DNA from: Spirochaetota bacterium
GTDB lineage: Bacteria > Spirochaetota > UBA12135 > COTS27 > CBDBHE01
Assembly (NCBI GenBank): GCA_965205605.1
Contig: CBDBHE010000007.1
Coordinates: 192,001-256,000 of the forward strand
DNA length: 64,000 nucleotides
Direction: 5' to 3'
The notes beneath the pieces are model-generated. The model was not told where the DNA came from and ran no database searches. It saw only the letters and a list, made by a program, of their open reading frames with translations. Each line of letters opens with the position of its first letter. The first letter of the stretch is position 1. Both the position numbers and the translations under genes were made by a program. Below, in pieces: positions 9,466-18,672 of this stretch.

Positions 9466-9951
9466 ATGATACAAGAAAACAACATCGATTACATTGCAAC
9501 ATTTATAAAAAGTAGTGCTTACATTTTTAAAGAAGAACTAAACATTCGAAAACTAAAGCGTAGAGATTTGTCTATTTCTCAAAAACCATATTTAAGCTTT
9601 CCTATTTTAGGCTTGATTGGGTTTTGGGGACAAAATTTAAAAGGACAAATTATTTATTCTGTGGCAATGCCTTTTGTGAAATGCATTACCGCCAAGATGC
9701 TACCGAATAAATTGCCCAATGATAGAAAAAAATTTGAGCATAGCTGTCTGGGAGAATTAATTAACATGATCTCAGGTCATGCAACGATTACTCTTGCCGG
9801 ACAAGATAGTATCATTCATATGACTCCCCCGGTGATTATCAATCAAGTGGAAAAATCCACAAAAATTGATTATTTAGATGCCAAAAACTTAGTGCTTTTA
9901 ATGGACTCATCGATTGGATCGATTGAAATAAATATTGGAATTAAAAACTAA
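9466..9951 (+). CDS. cheX: CheX chemotaxis phosphatase
   Basis: GLIGFWG..KGQIIY; catalytic ExxN in SCLGELINMISG; TPP motif. Confidence 0.85.
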   Translation: MIQENNIDYIATFIKSSAYIFKEELNIRKLKRRDLSISQKPYLSFPILGLIGFWGQNLKGQIIYSVAMPFVKCITAKMLPNKLPNDRKKFEHSCLGELINMISGHATITLAGQDSIIHMTPPVIINQVEKSTKIDYLDAKNLVLLMDSSIGSIEINIGIKN

Positions 9952-9953
9952 AG

Positions 9954-10310
9954 ATGAAAAAAATACTAGTTGTTGATGATTCGATGATGATGCGAGAACG
10001 CATTAAAGAGATTGTGACAAAATGTGGCGAGTTTACTATCACTGAAGCCGGTGACGGTGAGCAGGCAATTGCTCTTTATAAAGAAAATAAGCCCAATTTA
10101 GTGACCTTAGATATTTCCATGCCAGGAAAAAATGGCATAGAAGCTTTAACCGAAATCATGCAGATTGATACCAACGCTAATATAGTTATTATTAGTGCTG
10201 TAGCACAAAAGCAACTAATCATTCAGGCTATTTCTATTGGAGCAAAAGACTTTATTAACAAACCTTTTAACGAAGAAGAAGCGACAAACTTTATTAAAAG
10301 TCACCTATAA
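9954..10310 (+). CDS. cheY: CheY-like single-domain response regulator
   Basis: ILVVDDS, LDISMP (phosphoacceptor Asp), IISA and KPF; no output domain. Confidence 0.85.
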   Translation: MKKILVVDDSMMMRERIKEIVTKCGEFTITEAGDGEQAIALYKENKPNLVTLDISMPGKNGIEALTEIMQIDTNANIVIISAVAQKQLIIQAISIGAKDFINKPFNEEEATNFIKSHL

Positions 10311-10406
10311 AGAAAAGTACGATATCTTTTTTTTGAAAAAGTCAGGCAATATTTCCAGAAATAACCGTTTCTCAAATATCCCATTTCCGATTGTTTTCAT
10401 TTTTTA

Positions 10407-10748
10407 TTAAATGACTATTTTATTTAGAATAAAAACTAGTAAAGTTATTCCTATACTAAAACCAATACTCATTATTGCTAGTATCCATTTTCCAGACAAA
10501 TCTATTTTTGTTTCTATCCTTATTATGTCTTCTCTTAAAACACTTTCTACTTTATTTATCTCTTCTCTTAAATCGCTTTCTACTTTATTTATTTCTTCTT
10601 TTAAGAACCCTATCTCTTCTTTTAAGAACCCTATGTCTTCTTTTGTAGCAAGACCACTTTTGCCATTAATGGCTTCAGCAAGTTTGATGGCTTTTTTATT
10701 ACTAAAGCCTTGCTCTTCTAATATCTCTACGATTTCTAAGGTATCCAT
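10407..10748 (-). CDS. DUF1640/CCDC90 (Bdr-like) coiled-coil protein, copy 2
   Basis: The first 42 aa differ from copy 1 at one position. The stalk has two 21-bp and two 33-bp repeats, and the TM anchor differs. Confidence 0.75.
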   Translation of the reverse strand: MDTLEIVEILEEQGFSNKKAIKLAEAINGKSGLATKEDIGFLKEEIGFLKEEINKVESDLREEINKVESVLREDIIRIETKIDLSGKWILAIMSIGFSIGITLLVFILNKIVI

Positions 10749-10760
10749 CTTTCTTCCTTT

Positions 10761-10804
10761 TTTTATCTATATAAAAGTATAGTATTTATATAGATAAAAG
10801 TAAA
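10761..10804 (-). promoter_or_regulatory. Promoter with 15-bp inverted-repeat operator (copy 2)
   Basis: The same arms as copy 1 with a 9-nt centre. The minus strand reads TTTACT-17-TATACT. Confidence 0.7.
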
Positions 10805-10809
10805 ACTTT

Positions 10810-11568
10810 TTTGAAGCTCTTTTTTTTGAAAATAATAAGAATTCCAATAATGATTATTTGTGCCTCAAGAATAGTTGGAAATGCCATAGAATATTTTCCC
10901 CTTTAGTAATAACTGTCTTTTTAGGACAAATAGAGCTTGCATGGGGCTTAAAGTGCCCTATAATAAATCAAAAACCGTTTTATTGGTTCTTCTTGATTTA
11001 ATTAATTGGTTTTCAACCCCCGAATTGACATTCCCAAGCCCTCTTTTTACAGCGGTGGAAAGCTCTATACTTGTTTTCCTATCAAAAATTTTTACGGTCT
11101 TAACGCCCTTAATAAATTCACCTTTCTTATCAGGATTTTCAATTTGTTATGAGATGGTTTTTTTTAATGTCTTTAACTTTTTTTAAAACACTCGTTAAAT
11201 TTTTATCAGAGGTTTTTAGATTTTTAAGGCTTTTTTTTAGAAGCTTTTTTGATATCAACTAAGTTTTTTTTTACCCCTTTATCCCTATCCCTTAAGGGAG
11301 TCCGCAAGTCCTCCCCCTTGATCTTGAAAACGACATCACCCTATAGAGATTGCCATTTTGTTTTTTTCCTTTCCTTTCTTGATTTGTAGCAATCTTCTAG
11401 TAAATCATTAAAGTCATATTTATCTTTTACAATATCTATTCCTTTGCTTTTTGCGATTTTCTTCATTGAGACGACATAAATCTTTTTACTTTTTTCATAA
11501 AATTTATTATGAAAACATTTGAAAAAAAAAAAACAGAAGAAGCAAGCATCAACAATGCCACCACTCAC
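10810..11568 (-). pseudogene. Phage tail remnant: possible tail chaperone end plus tape-measure N-terminus
   Basis: From ATG 11356, one frameshift gives MAISIGDVVFKIKGED, a typical tape-measure start, followed by broken Lys-rich helical frames. The left boundary is approximate. Confidence 0.4.
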
Positions 11569-11720
11569 GTTTGCTTTGTGTCAAATCAAACTCTAGATGA
11601 GTTAGATCATAAAACAATTTGTTGAGTTGTATCAATGGTTGTGTGAAAAATAGGAAGCTTTAAAAAAAAGGGGGGTTGATGAATATAAAGCTGAAGATAG
11701 ATCTTTATTGTAAAAAATCA

Positions 11721-12239
11721 CTAAAACCTTTGATTGATATCAAACTCTTCTCTAGTGACATCCCCATTATCATCCTTAAACTCGAGGATGACTTTTTCAA
11801 TACTAAAATTTGTGTCCGTATCTGAGGAGTCCATTTTTGCCTCACGAAAGACAAATAAGCTGCTCTTTGCTCCAATATAATTACCACCCGCTGTAAAAAG
11901 ACTTTCACCACCGAGTTGAACATCCAGTATCTTATCAAAAACAAATGAACCCTTATTATCCATCAGGACCAAAGAGCTTAGATCTCTTTTTAGATTTAAT
12001 GTAATCTCATGAGAAAGCCGCAAAGAAGGACCATAATTTACGGCATTCCTAAAATTCGCGAGAATGCGGGGTTGTATAATTTCTAAATACTCCGCTAGTC
12101 TCATTGCTTCGGCTACGGAATCGGGCCCAGTCATTTTATCATCCTCACTACTAGTAGGATCCATGCAAGAAGTAGAATTCATACAAGAGACTAAAATCAA
12201 TAAACTTGTCATTAAAAAGATAGATGAATAATTTTTCAT
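11721..12239 (-). CDS. Hypothetical lipoprotein (paralog family member 1)
   Basis: Lipobox LLILVSC; colinear similarity to 26471..26929 and 34545..35015. Confidence 0.7.
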   Translation of the reverse strand: MKNYSSIFLMTSLLILVSCMNSTSCMDPTSSEDDKMTGPDSVAEAMRLAEYLEIIQPRILANFRNAVNYGPSLRLSHEITLNLKRDLSSLVLMDNKGSFVFDKILDVQLGGESLFTAGGNYIGAKSSLFVFREAKMDSSDTDTNFSIEKVILEFKDDNGDVTREEFDINQRF

Positions 12240-12453
12240 GTTTTACCTCTTTCTTTCTTTTAAAAAAAGAGACGATACTGTAGTATACATCATTAATTTT
12301 TAAAAAAAAGAAGTCAGTTTGCTTCTTTATTTTTTAATTGAAGAAATTCATTAAAAATAGAGAAAAAACAAGAGAATTAAAGAGATAAATGATAATATTG
12401 ATGTTAAAATGAAACTATAGGTAAATATAGGTAGATTTTTATTTAATTACTCA

Positions 12454-13281
12454 ATGAAAAACCATTTTTTTTTATTCTCGCTTTTTCTAATAATGCTTCA
12501 ACTAATGCTTCAACAAATGGTCTTGGGAAGTGGAGCAAGAGGTTCTAAGCCTAACGAAGTTTATTTTCAGACATCTTATGTTCCTGCTATTACAACAGCC
12601 TATATTAATCCAGAAGGAGAGTTTGAAAGAAGCGACGTCGTATACACAAAGAACAACATAAAGTTATATTTGAGTTACGGACTTTTTCATGAGTCTCTTT
12701 CTCTTAATGTGAGTACAGGGTTTTTGGCTCATTCTCTTCATGGAGGGGATTCAACAGATGAAAGATCAGGCATCACGGATACCGTGATAGGATTGGATTA
12801 TCGCTTTTATCAGTTTGGAGCTCTGAGTTTTGCTCTTGGGTATGATATGGGGATTCCAACAGGTGCTTTCGAAGAAGGTAGTGAGCTTAGCCTAGGAGAT
12901 GACGAGTATGATTATGCTCCCAAACTTTACACCAGCTATTATGGATGGGATTTTGTTCTGTGGTACCGATTTAGGACAGAAGGTTATACAGAAGACCTAA
13001 ATGTGAAACTGCAATACGGTCATAGTCCTTTGAAGAAATTATGGCTTACTTATGGACTTTCAGCTCAGTTTCAATTGACGAGTCTAAATCAAAGCAAACT
13101 CACTAGGTATTTAGACTTTGGAGAAGGGGTTTCGTACTTCACCCCATTTTTGTCAGTATTGTATTCGATAAGCCCCAACTTTCACATAACGTTTAATTTT
13201 GCACCTGGGTCGCTTCCTGCCCTTAATCGAAATCAAGCCGGGATTACTTACTTTAGCCCCGGTGTTGCCATTACGTTTTAA
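12454..13281 (+). CDS. Putative outer-membrane beta-barrel protein
   Basis: Signal peptide, alternating aromatic strands, GITDTVIGLDYRF motif and a terminal Phe. Confidence 0.6.
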   Translation: MKNHFFLFSLFLIMLQLMLQQMVLGSGARGSKPNEVYFQTSYVPAITTAYINPEGEFERSDVVYTKNNIKLYLSYGLFHESLSLNVSTGFLAHSLHGGDSTDERSGITDTVIGLDYRFYQFGALSFALGYDMGIPTGAFEEGSELSLGDDEYDYAPKLYTSYYGWDFVLWYRFRTEGYTEDLNVKLQYGHSPLKKLWLTYGLSAQFQLTSLNQSKLTRYLDFGEGVSYFTPFLSVLYSISPNFHITFNFAPGSLPALNRNQAGITYFSPGVAITF

Positions 13282-13294
13282 TTTTATAAGAATA

Positions 13295-13689
13295 CTAAAT
13301 AAAAAAACTTAGAGGTGTGTTGTATACGCTTAGTTTTCCAAGAGAATTAGCTTCATCGTGATGAGGACAGACAAAAATTCTAATCTGTTTATCATTTACT
13401 TCTCTTTTAGGGATACCTTACCAGTGCCATTGTTTAAAAAATCCTTTACCGTGTAAAAGGCATTTTCTTTTAGTTGAAACATTTAATTTTCCCTTTTTAT
13501 TATTTTTATAAGGTGTTTATTTAACAAGCCTTTAAGTTCACGAGCGATTAATTGATAGGCCTTTTTGTCATTAAAAAACAAATTAATAGGTTTATTTTTA
13601 CGCTTTACATTGATTTCACCAATGAGAATTTCTTTTACATTTAATTTAATGTCTTGTGTTCCTGTACGATTATTGATTTGTTTTAACAA
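13295..13689 (-). pseudogene. Phage remnant: small ORF plus a primase-type Zn-finger fragment
   Basis: ORF 13483..13689 is followed by ATG 13482. After one frameshift it reads ...IRIFVCPHHDEANSLGKLSVYN, similar to the CHC2 motif CPFHDExxxS. Confidence 0.4.
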
Positions 13690-13698
13690 GTTTAGACA

Positions 13699-13802
13699 GT
13701 CATAGGCACTTAACAGAGTGCTTTATGATATAATAAAAAATACTTTCACTCAAACATGTTGTGATGGTCATAGGCACTTAACAGAATGCTTTATGATATA
13801 AT
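13699..13802 (+). CRISPR. Type II-C mini-array: two 36-bp repeats and one 32-bp spacer
   Basis: GTCATAGGCACTTAACAGA(G/A)TGCTTTATGATATAAT at 13699-13734 and 13767-13802. Spacer AAAAAATACTTTCACTCAAACATGTTGTGATG. Each repeat ends in an extended -10 (TGnTATAAT). It sits 100 bp from the end of cas2. Confidence 0.9.
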
Positions 13803-13803
13803 A

Positions 13804-13846
13804 GATCCTTTGAAAATTCCCTTAAATGGGTGTTTTCAAAGGAATC
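13804..13846. terminator. Stem-loop between the array and cas2
   Basis: 11-bp perfect stem TCCTTTGAAAA (13806-16) / TTTTCAAAGGA (13833-43) with an inner CCC/GGG pair. Confidence 0.6.
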
Positions 13847-13902
13847 GCTTCGAAAAAATTGTTTAAAAGTATTAATTAATAAAATAATTTCTCAAAAAAA
13901 AT

Positions 13903-14235
13903 TCAGAAAAAACACAGCTGCTTAGTTCCAAAAATCTCATTTTTACTAAAATCGCCTAAAAAAATTTTCATTTTTGAATACTGTTTATCGGTTATTTTTA
14001 ATGCTCGCACACTTCCCTTTCCTGGTAAAAATTTTTCTAAACGTTTCAAATGTTTTTCAGCCGATTCATTCCCTCGACATGGTCTTGCATAGATAGAAAA
14101 TTGTACCATGGTGTAACCATCTTTAATCAAATTTAAACGAAAACCACTTGCCCTTTTTCTTTCTAAATCCGTTCCCACAGGTAAATCAAACAAAACCATC
14201 ACCCACATAAATCGAATCTCCTCGTTAGCTGGCAT
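13903..14235 (-). CDS. cas2: CRISPR-associated Cas2
   Basis: MWVMVLFDLPV...FRLNLIKDGYTMVQFSIYAR...ITDKQY, the type II Cas2 pattern. Confidence 0.95.
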   Translation of the reverse strand: MPANEEIRFMWVMVLFDLPVGTDLERKRASGFRLNLIKDGYTMVQFSIYARPCRGNESAEKHLKRLEKFLPGKGSVRALKITDKQYSKMKIFLGDFSKNEIFGTKQLCFF

Positions 14236-14238
14236 CGC

Positions 14239-15117
14239 TTAAAGCATCTTCACACAAATACAAGTCGTTTCATTTCGAATTGTTCTGTAAAAATATTCGG
14301 CAATTTTTTCGCACGCATTAATTAAAATTAAAGTTTCACCATTTAGATCACACGAAACTTGCAATACTTCCACAAGTTTTTGTCGATTTTTACGACTGAG
14401 TTCATTTTCATCTAACTGCGATTGCATCCCATAAACAAAACAATCCACAAAGGGTCTAAAAGGTTCGAAAAGATCGTCCACTAAATTAAAAGGATTAAGT
14501 TTGTTTTTGTGATGCACTCCAAGAGGTAAATAATATCCCGCTGCTGCCAAACTTCGTGCGAGTAGCGAACGAACAAGCGAGTAAACGTAGTTTAATGCTG
14601 CATTTTTTACGGTGTCTTCTGAGCGTATAAAATCTTTTCCAAAAAGAGCTTTCCAGTATCGTTTAGCTCCGATCGCTTCTAAATTTCCTTGGTCACCACT
14701 GGTTACTTTTTTGCTGAGCTTCAAAAGAAAATCTGCATCGCTGAGGTCAAGGAGTGATAAGACACAAGATTGATTGTAAAGTTTTGTTTTAACAATCTCT
14801 CGCCAAAGTTGTTTTTTTTGGGGAACGGTTAAGGCATTTTGCGCTTCGTAACTTTGAAGAGGACGAGAGTACCCTAAATAAGGAAGATAAAGCCCAGAAG
14901 GTAGATGATCTTTTGTACAAACCAGCAGCGGGACTTTGTTTTGGGCAAGCTCGCTCAATAAAGGCACTGTAAGACTAATCTGAGGATGATCGACTACCAC
15001 ACAGGCAAGGTCTTCGACTGCAAAAAAAAAACGGGTTTCTTTTTGAAAAATGCTTAGCTGTTTATTGTTTAGTCGCAAAGAAGAAGGGTTGGTTAAATGT
15101 AAAACACGCCATGCCAC
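14239..15117 (-). CDS. cas1: Type II CRISPR-associated Cas1
   Basis: MAWR start; EAIGAKRYW; NAALNY; GVHHKNKLNPFNLVDDLFEPFRP. Confidence 0.95.
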   Translation of the reverse strand: MAWRVLHLTNPSSLRLNNKQLSIFQKETRFFFAVEDLACVVVDHPQISLTVPLLSELAQNKVPLLVCTKDHLPSGLYLPYLGYSRPLQSYEAQNALTVPQKKQLWREIVKTKLYNQSCVLSLLDLSDADFLLKLSKKVTSGDQGNLEAIGAKRYWKALFGKDFIRSEDTVKNAALNYVYSLVRSLLARSLAAAGYYLPLGVHHKNKLNPFNLVDDLFEPFRPFVDCFVYGMQSQLDENELSRKNRQKLVEVLQVSCDLNGETLILINACEKIAEYFYRTIRNETTCICVKML

Positions 15118-15137
15118 TTTTGACTTTTAATCCTAAG

Positions 15138-18100
15138 TTAAAGTTCTTGTCTACGGCTTAAAGGCTCTTGATGATGTTTTTTAATGGGATGCACTTCTCC
15201 CAAAGGATTAACCTCAAATTTTTTAAAAACTTTAAAATGTTGTATCCCAATACCCTCCATAATACCTTTATTGACTTTGGGTTCTTTTCTAATTTGATTA
15301 AGAGCGATCTCTTCAAAGATATTTTCTTTTTGATTGGCTTCATACGATTTATTCTCATCATAAGGCTTACGATGAAGATGATACCCATCATGTCCTTTAA
15401 CACTAATAGCATTAGTACTAATATTAAAATCATTGTAATACATTCGATATAAATAAAGCTGTTTTTTTCCTTGTTCTTTTGTATCACCCATACGAGTAAA
15501 CTCAATTAAATCACCTCGATACAAGCTAAAAAAAAATGTATACCCTGCATCATCTGTTAACTCGATTTTTCTTTTTATTTCTTTTCGTGGCAGCTTAAGC
15601 TTAGAGACATCACTCATGTAAAGAGGAGCTGCAAAGTATTCGTTTTTTGAACTTGTATAAACATCGATTCGAAGCATTGTAGCTGTGGCATAGCGACCCA
15701 GTATCTTTTCTTTTCCACTTTTTTGGAGGCGTTTATCCCGTACCTCAAAGCGTGGTTTTTTTTGTGGAAGAGGAATGCGTATCGCGTAAATAAGTGTTTG
15801 TTTTTTACCAATTTTCACAAAGAGTCTATTATCTTGGATTTCATTTTTATCAATCCCTGGAGCTTTATTTCCTGTTTCATCTTTTTTTTTGGATTTTTTT
15901 TTTATTTCACCAAAAGATTTTTGAAATGCTTTTTTATCCGTGAGATTTATCGGATCAAACCCTCTTTCTTCAAGTCGCTCGAAAATCGCCTTATAAATTA
16001 AATACTGAGGATGTGTTTGATTGTATTTTTTTGACTCTTTTGTAAAATTTTCCCAAAAAGGTTTTGTTAAGTTTTTTATGTCTACACGATGCCAAACAAT
16101 TTTATTTTTGTACGAGTAAAGGGTTTCTTCGTGTACCTGCCCTCTTCGTCGTCTTCTAACAAAACGAGAAACAAAAATTTTCCTAACCTGATTAACAAGA
16201 TCTTTAGCAAAGGCATCCCAAGGAAGTAAAAACTCTTTTTTCTGCTCAGGAGTCAGTTTATTTAACTCACTCGCTTGATAAAAACGAGTAATCTTCTGTA
16301 CCATCGAAGGATTAGTCAATGCGACAATTGTTGCATCAATGGCATGGTGTTTGTCGCTGCCTTCTCGATTTTTAGTGATGGTTTCTATCTCTTCTTTAGT
16401 CGCACTAAGGCCAGCTTTACCAGCATCAGCAGCTTTTTTGAGAGATCCAATCCATCGTTTTCTTAGAAATCCTGTTACCTGTCCATTTGTAGTAAAAACA
16501 CGTTGTTTTTTTTTACCATTAAGCAAAGGTTCTTCATTATAAAGACATTTAAGATAGTTCATTACAAATCGAGCAATGTAACGTGTATCATTGATATTAC
16601 GTTCAAGAAAGCCCTCATTATTGTAATTTTCTCTAAGAAGGCGTTTAACTTTTACTTCTTTTATTTTATTATTTTTTTGAAACCCAAGGATAAAATTGCT
16701 AAATTTTTCCCAACGTTCTTTATCTTGCCCAAAATATTCATAAGGAATTCTATTGCCTTTATTTTGGTTTTCAGAAGTATAAGAAAGCACTTTATTGTTT
16801 AAACTGTCATCTTGACTGCGACTTAAAGGCAAGATGTGATCAATTTGAAAATTCTCAATATTATTTACAAACTCTTGGCTTTCAATTCTCTTCATCGAAT
16901 AAATACAATGTTGATCTTGCTGTTCTTTCCAGAAACGATATTTTAAAAGCTCTTCTCCTCTAGGCTGTCGCTGAAAAAGACTTTTAAAATTTTTAACAGC
17001 GTCTGCTTGAATCTCTCGAAACTTTTTTTGTCCCTCTTCGATTTTTTTTCTCTCAATAGCTCCCTTGCCAATCTCTCGTCCAGTTTCAATTTTAATAAAA
17101 TCTGGTCTACCATGTTTTTTGATGATCGCATTAACAACTTTACGAACCTGTGTCACTGATCGAAACGCTACTGGATTCATTGAGATAGCTTCGGCTTTAG
17201 GATCATTTTGATCGACAACTGGTAAATTGCCTTTTTTATCCAATTCCCAATCTTTCAAAATACCACCAGAAGAATACCCTGCTTTACGACATGCCTTTGT
17301 ATACACTTCACCTGCTTCAAGATGTGGCAAAATCTTTTTCATTGCCTTAAAAGAAAGATTTAAAACCTTATCAAAATCAAGTAGATTGGTTAACTTAATT
17401 AAATCTTTATCTTTAATACCCCTTTTAGAAAGTTCTTTTTCTACACTTATAGGATTTTTATAATAAGTGGCAACCTCGGCAAGTGTGTCTAAAGTTTTAA
17501 TATCAGTTTTTAAAGATTCCCAAATGATAGAAGGAATTTCTTCAGTAATAACATCTTTTATTTGCCAATAAGCAGGCATTTTAGCAAAAATTTCTTTTTT
17601 TTCATTTTTTTTTTCTACCTCTTTAAAAAGTAAATTTTGATCTAATTTTAATAATTTTCGAACTTCTGAATACTTAATTTCTTTTTTTTCATTTAAAAGA
17701 CAATTTTTAATCTTTTTTTTATCTTCTTTTGAAAATGATTTTTCTTCTTCAGGCGAATAGGCACTAAAACGAACATTATTCAACCTTTGATACAACGTTA
17801 TCAGTTCGGCTGTTGGAGAACTTTTAGGAGCTCTTTTTTCTTTTGGCTCATGCACACAATATCCAACCATGTTATAAATATCTTTCATGGGTGTTTGATG
17901 AAAAAAAATATCATTTACGTATTCTTTTTCAAAGGCATCACTTAAGATTTCTTTATTGCCAAAATCTCTTTGTTTGCTAAAAATGACTTCCAGTTCTTCT
18001 TTTAGAAGCTTTCGAAAAGGTGTTCGAGTATAGTGTCCTTTTTTATTGCGTTTAGCAAAACGATACGCCTCATCCTTATCAAAAAGATCGCCGAGTGTTT

Positions 18101-18623
18101 GATAATTTTTAATTTCGATGGATGCCTCTATTTTTTCACCCGCTTTTTTTATCTCACCTATTTCTTCCTTTTTTTCTTTAGGCTCATGTTTGCGATTTGA
18201 TAAAAATCCACGATGCTTAACAAAATAATAAAAAAGGACTATCAATTCTTTTTTACTAAGTTTTTCACTTAATGCTTTTACTCGGAGTTTCCATGGGTTG
18301 TCTTTTTTTTCGTCGTAAGATTCACGAAGTTCATCAAATAAAAAAGACTCTTTATCATTTAGGAAGCCATGTTTGATTAAAAGTTTTTTTGTTTTTTCAA
18401 GGCGTTGTCTTCGTCTCTTAAGTCGTCTACGAGCAAGACGTTTTTCTCGACGATTTTTATTGAGTGATTCTTTAGTTTTAGAGTCTTCGAGAGCTGGAAA
18501 ATGACGAACTCCCATATCAATGATGCTTTTATTATCTTGCTCATTTTTACCTTGCTCATTTATAAGACTCCAGCCGATAGAAGTAATCCCTAAATCCAAT
18601 CCTAAAATTTTTTTCGAATTCAT
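15138..18623 (-). CDS. cas9: Type II-C Cas9, 1161 aa, with catalytic residues intact
   Basis: RuvC-I LGLDLGITSIGW; Arg-rich bridge helix; RuvC-II IKIETGRE; HNH IDHILPLS..DDSLNNKVL..NQNKGN; RuvC-III KHHAIDA. No csn2 or cas4 in the locus. Confidence 0.97.
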   Translation of the reverse strand: MNSKKILGLDLGITSIGWSLINEQGKNEQDNKSIIDMGVRHFPALEDSKTKESLNKNRREKRLARRRLKRRRQRLEKTKKLLIKHGFLNDKESFLFDELRESYDEKKDNPWKLRVKALSEKLSKKELIVLFYYFVKHRGFLSNRKHEPKEKKEEIGEIKKAGEKIEASIEIKNYQTLGDLFDKDEAYRFAKRNKKGHYTRTPFRKLLKEELEVIFSKQRDFGNKEILSDAFEKEYVNDIFFHQTPMKDIYNMVGYCVHEPKEKRAPKSSPTAELITLYQRLNNVRFSAYSPEEEKSFSKEDKKKIKNCLLNEKKEIKYSEVRKLLKLDQNLLFKEVEKKNEKKEIFAKMPAYWQIKDVITEEIPSIIWESLKTDIKTLDTLAEVATYYKNPISVEKELSKRGIKDKDLIKLTNLLDFDKVLNLSFKAMKKILPHLEAGEVYTKACRKAGYSSGGILKDWELDKKGNLPVVDQNDPKAEAISMNPVAFRSVTQVRKVVNAIIKKHGRPDFIKIETGREIGKGAIERKKIEEGQKKFREIQADAVKNFKSLFQRQPRGEELLKYRFWKEQQDQHCIYSMKRIESQEFVNNIENFQIDHILPLSRSQDDSLNNKVLSYTSENQNKGNRIPYEYFGQDKERWEKFSNFILGFQKNNKIKEVKVKRLLRENYNNEGFLERNINDTRYIARFVMNYLKCLYNEEPLLNGKKKQRVFTTNGQVTGFLRKRWIGSLKKAADAGKAGLSATKEEIETITKNREGSDKHHAIDATIVALTNPSMVQKITRFYQASELNKLTPEQKKEFLLPWDAFAKDLVNQVRKIFVSRFVRRRRRGQVHEETLYSYKNKIVWHRVDIKNLTKPFWENFTKESKKYNQTHPQYLIYKAIFERLEERGFDPINLTDKKAFQKSFGEIKKKSKKKDETGNKAPGIDKNEIQDNRLFVKIGKKQTLIYAIRIPLPQKKPRFEVRDKRLQKSGKEKILGRYATATMLRIDVYTSSKNEYFAAPLYMSDVSKLKLPRKEIKRKIELTDDAGYTFFFSLYRGDLIEFTRMGDTKEQGKKQLYLYRMYYNDFNISTNAISVKGHDGYHLHRKPYDENKSYEANQKENIFEEIALNQIRKEPKVNKGIMEGIGIQHFKVFKKFEVNPLGEVHPIKKHHQEPLSRRQEL

Positions 18624-18657
18624 TTTTTTTATATAAGTTTAATTTTTTTAAAGTAAA

Positions 18658-18666
18658 TGTTACAAT
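18658..18666 (+). promoter_or_regulatory. Extended -10 promoter for the tracrRNA
   Basis: TGTTACAAT, 6 nt upstream of the anti-repeat, overlapped by the palindrome GTTACA-A-TGTAAC (18659-18671). Confidence 0.6.
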
Positions 18667-18672
18667 GTAACC

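Noticed and set aside
10310-10400. MKTIGNGIFEKR..., resembling part of a RelE/HigB toxin after DUF1640 copy 2
   Set aside because: Only about 12 residues are similar, which is too little to call.
13735-13766. Possible self-targeting: spacer shares 8-10 nt with about 3698, about 18772 and about 63935
   Set aside because: The matches are too short to exceed chance.
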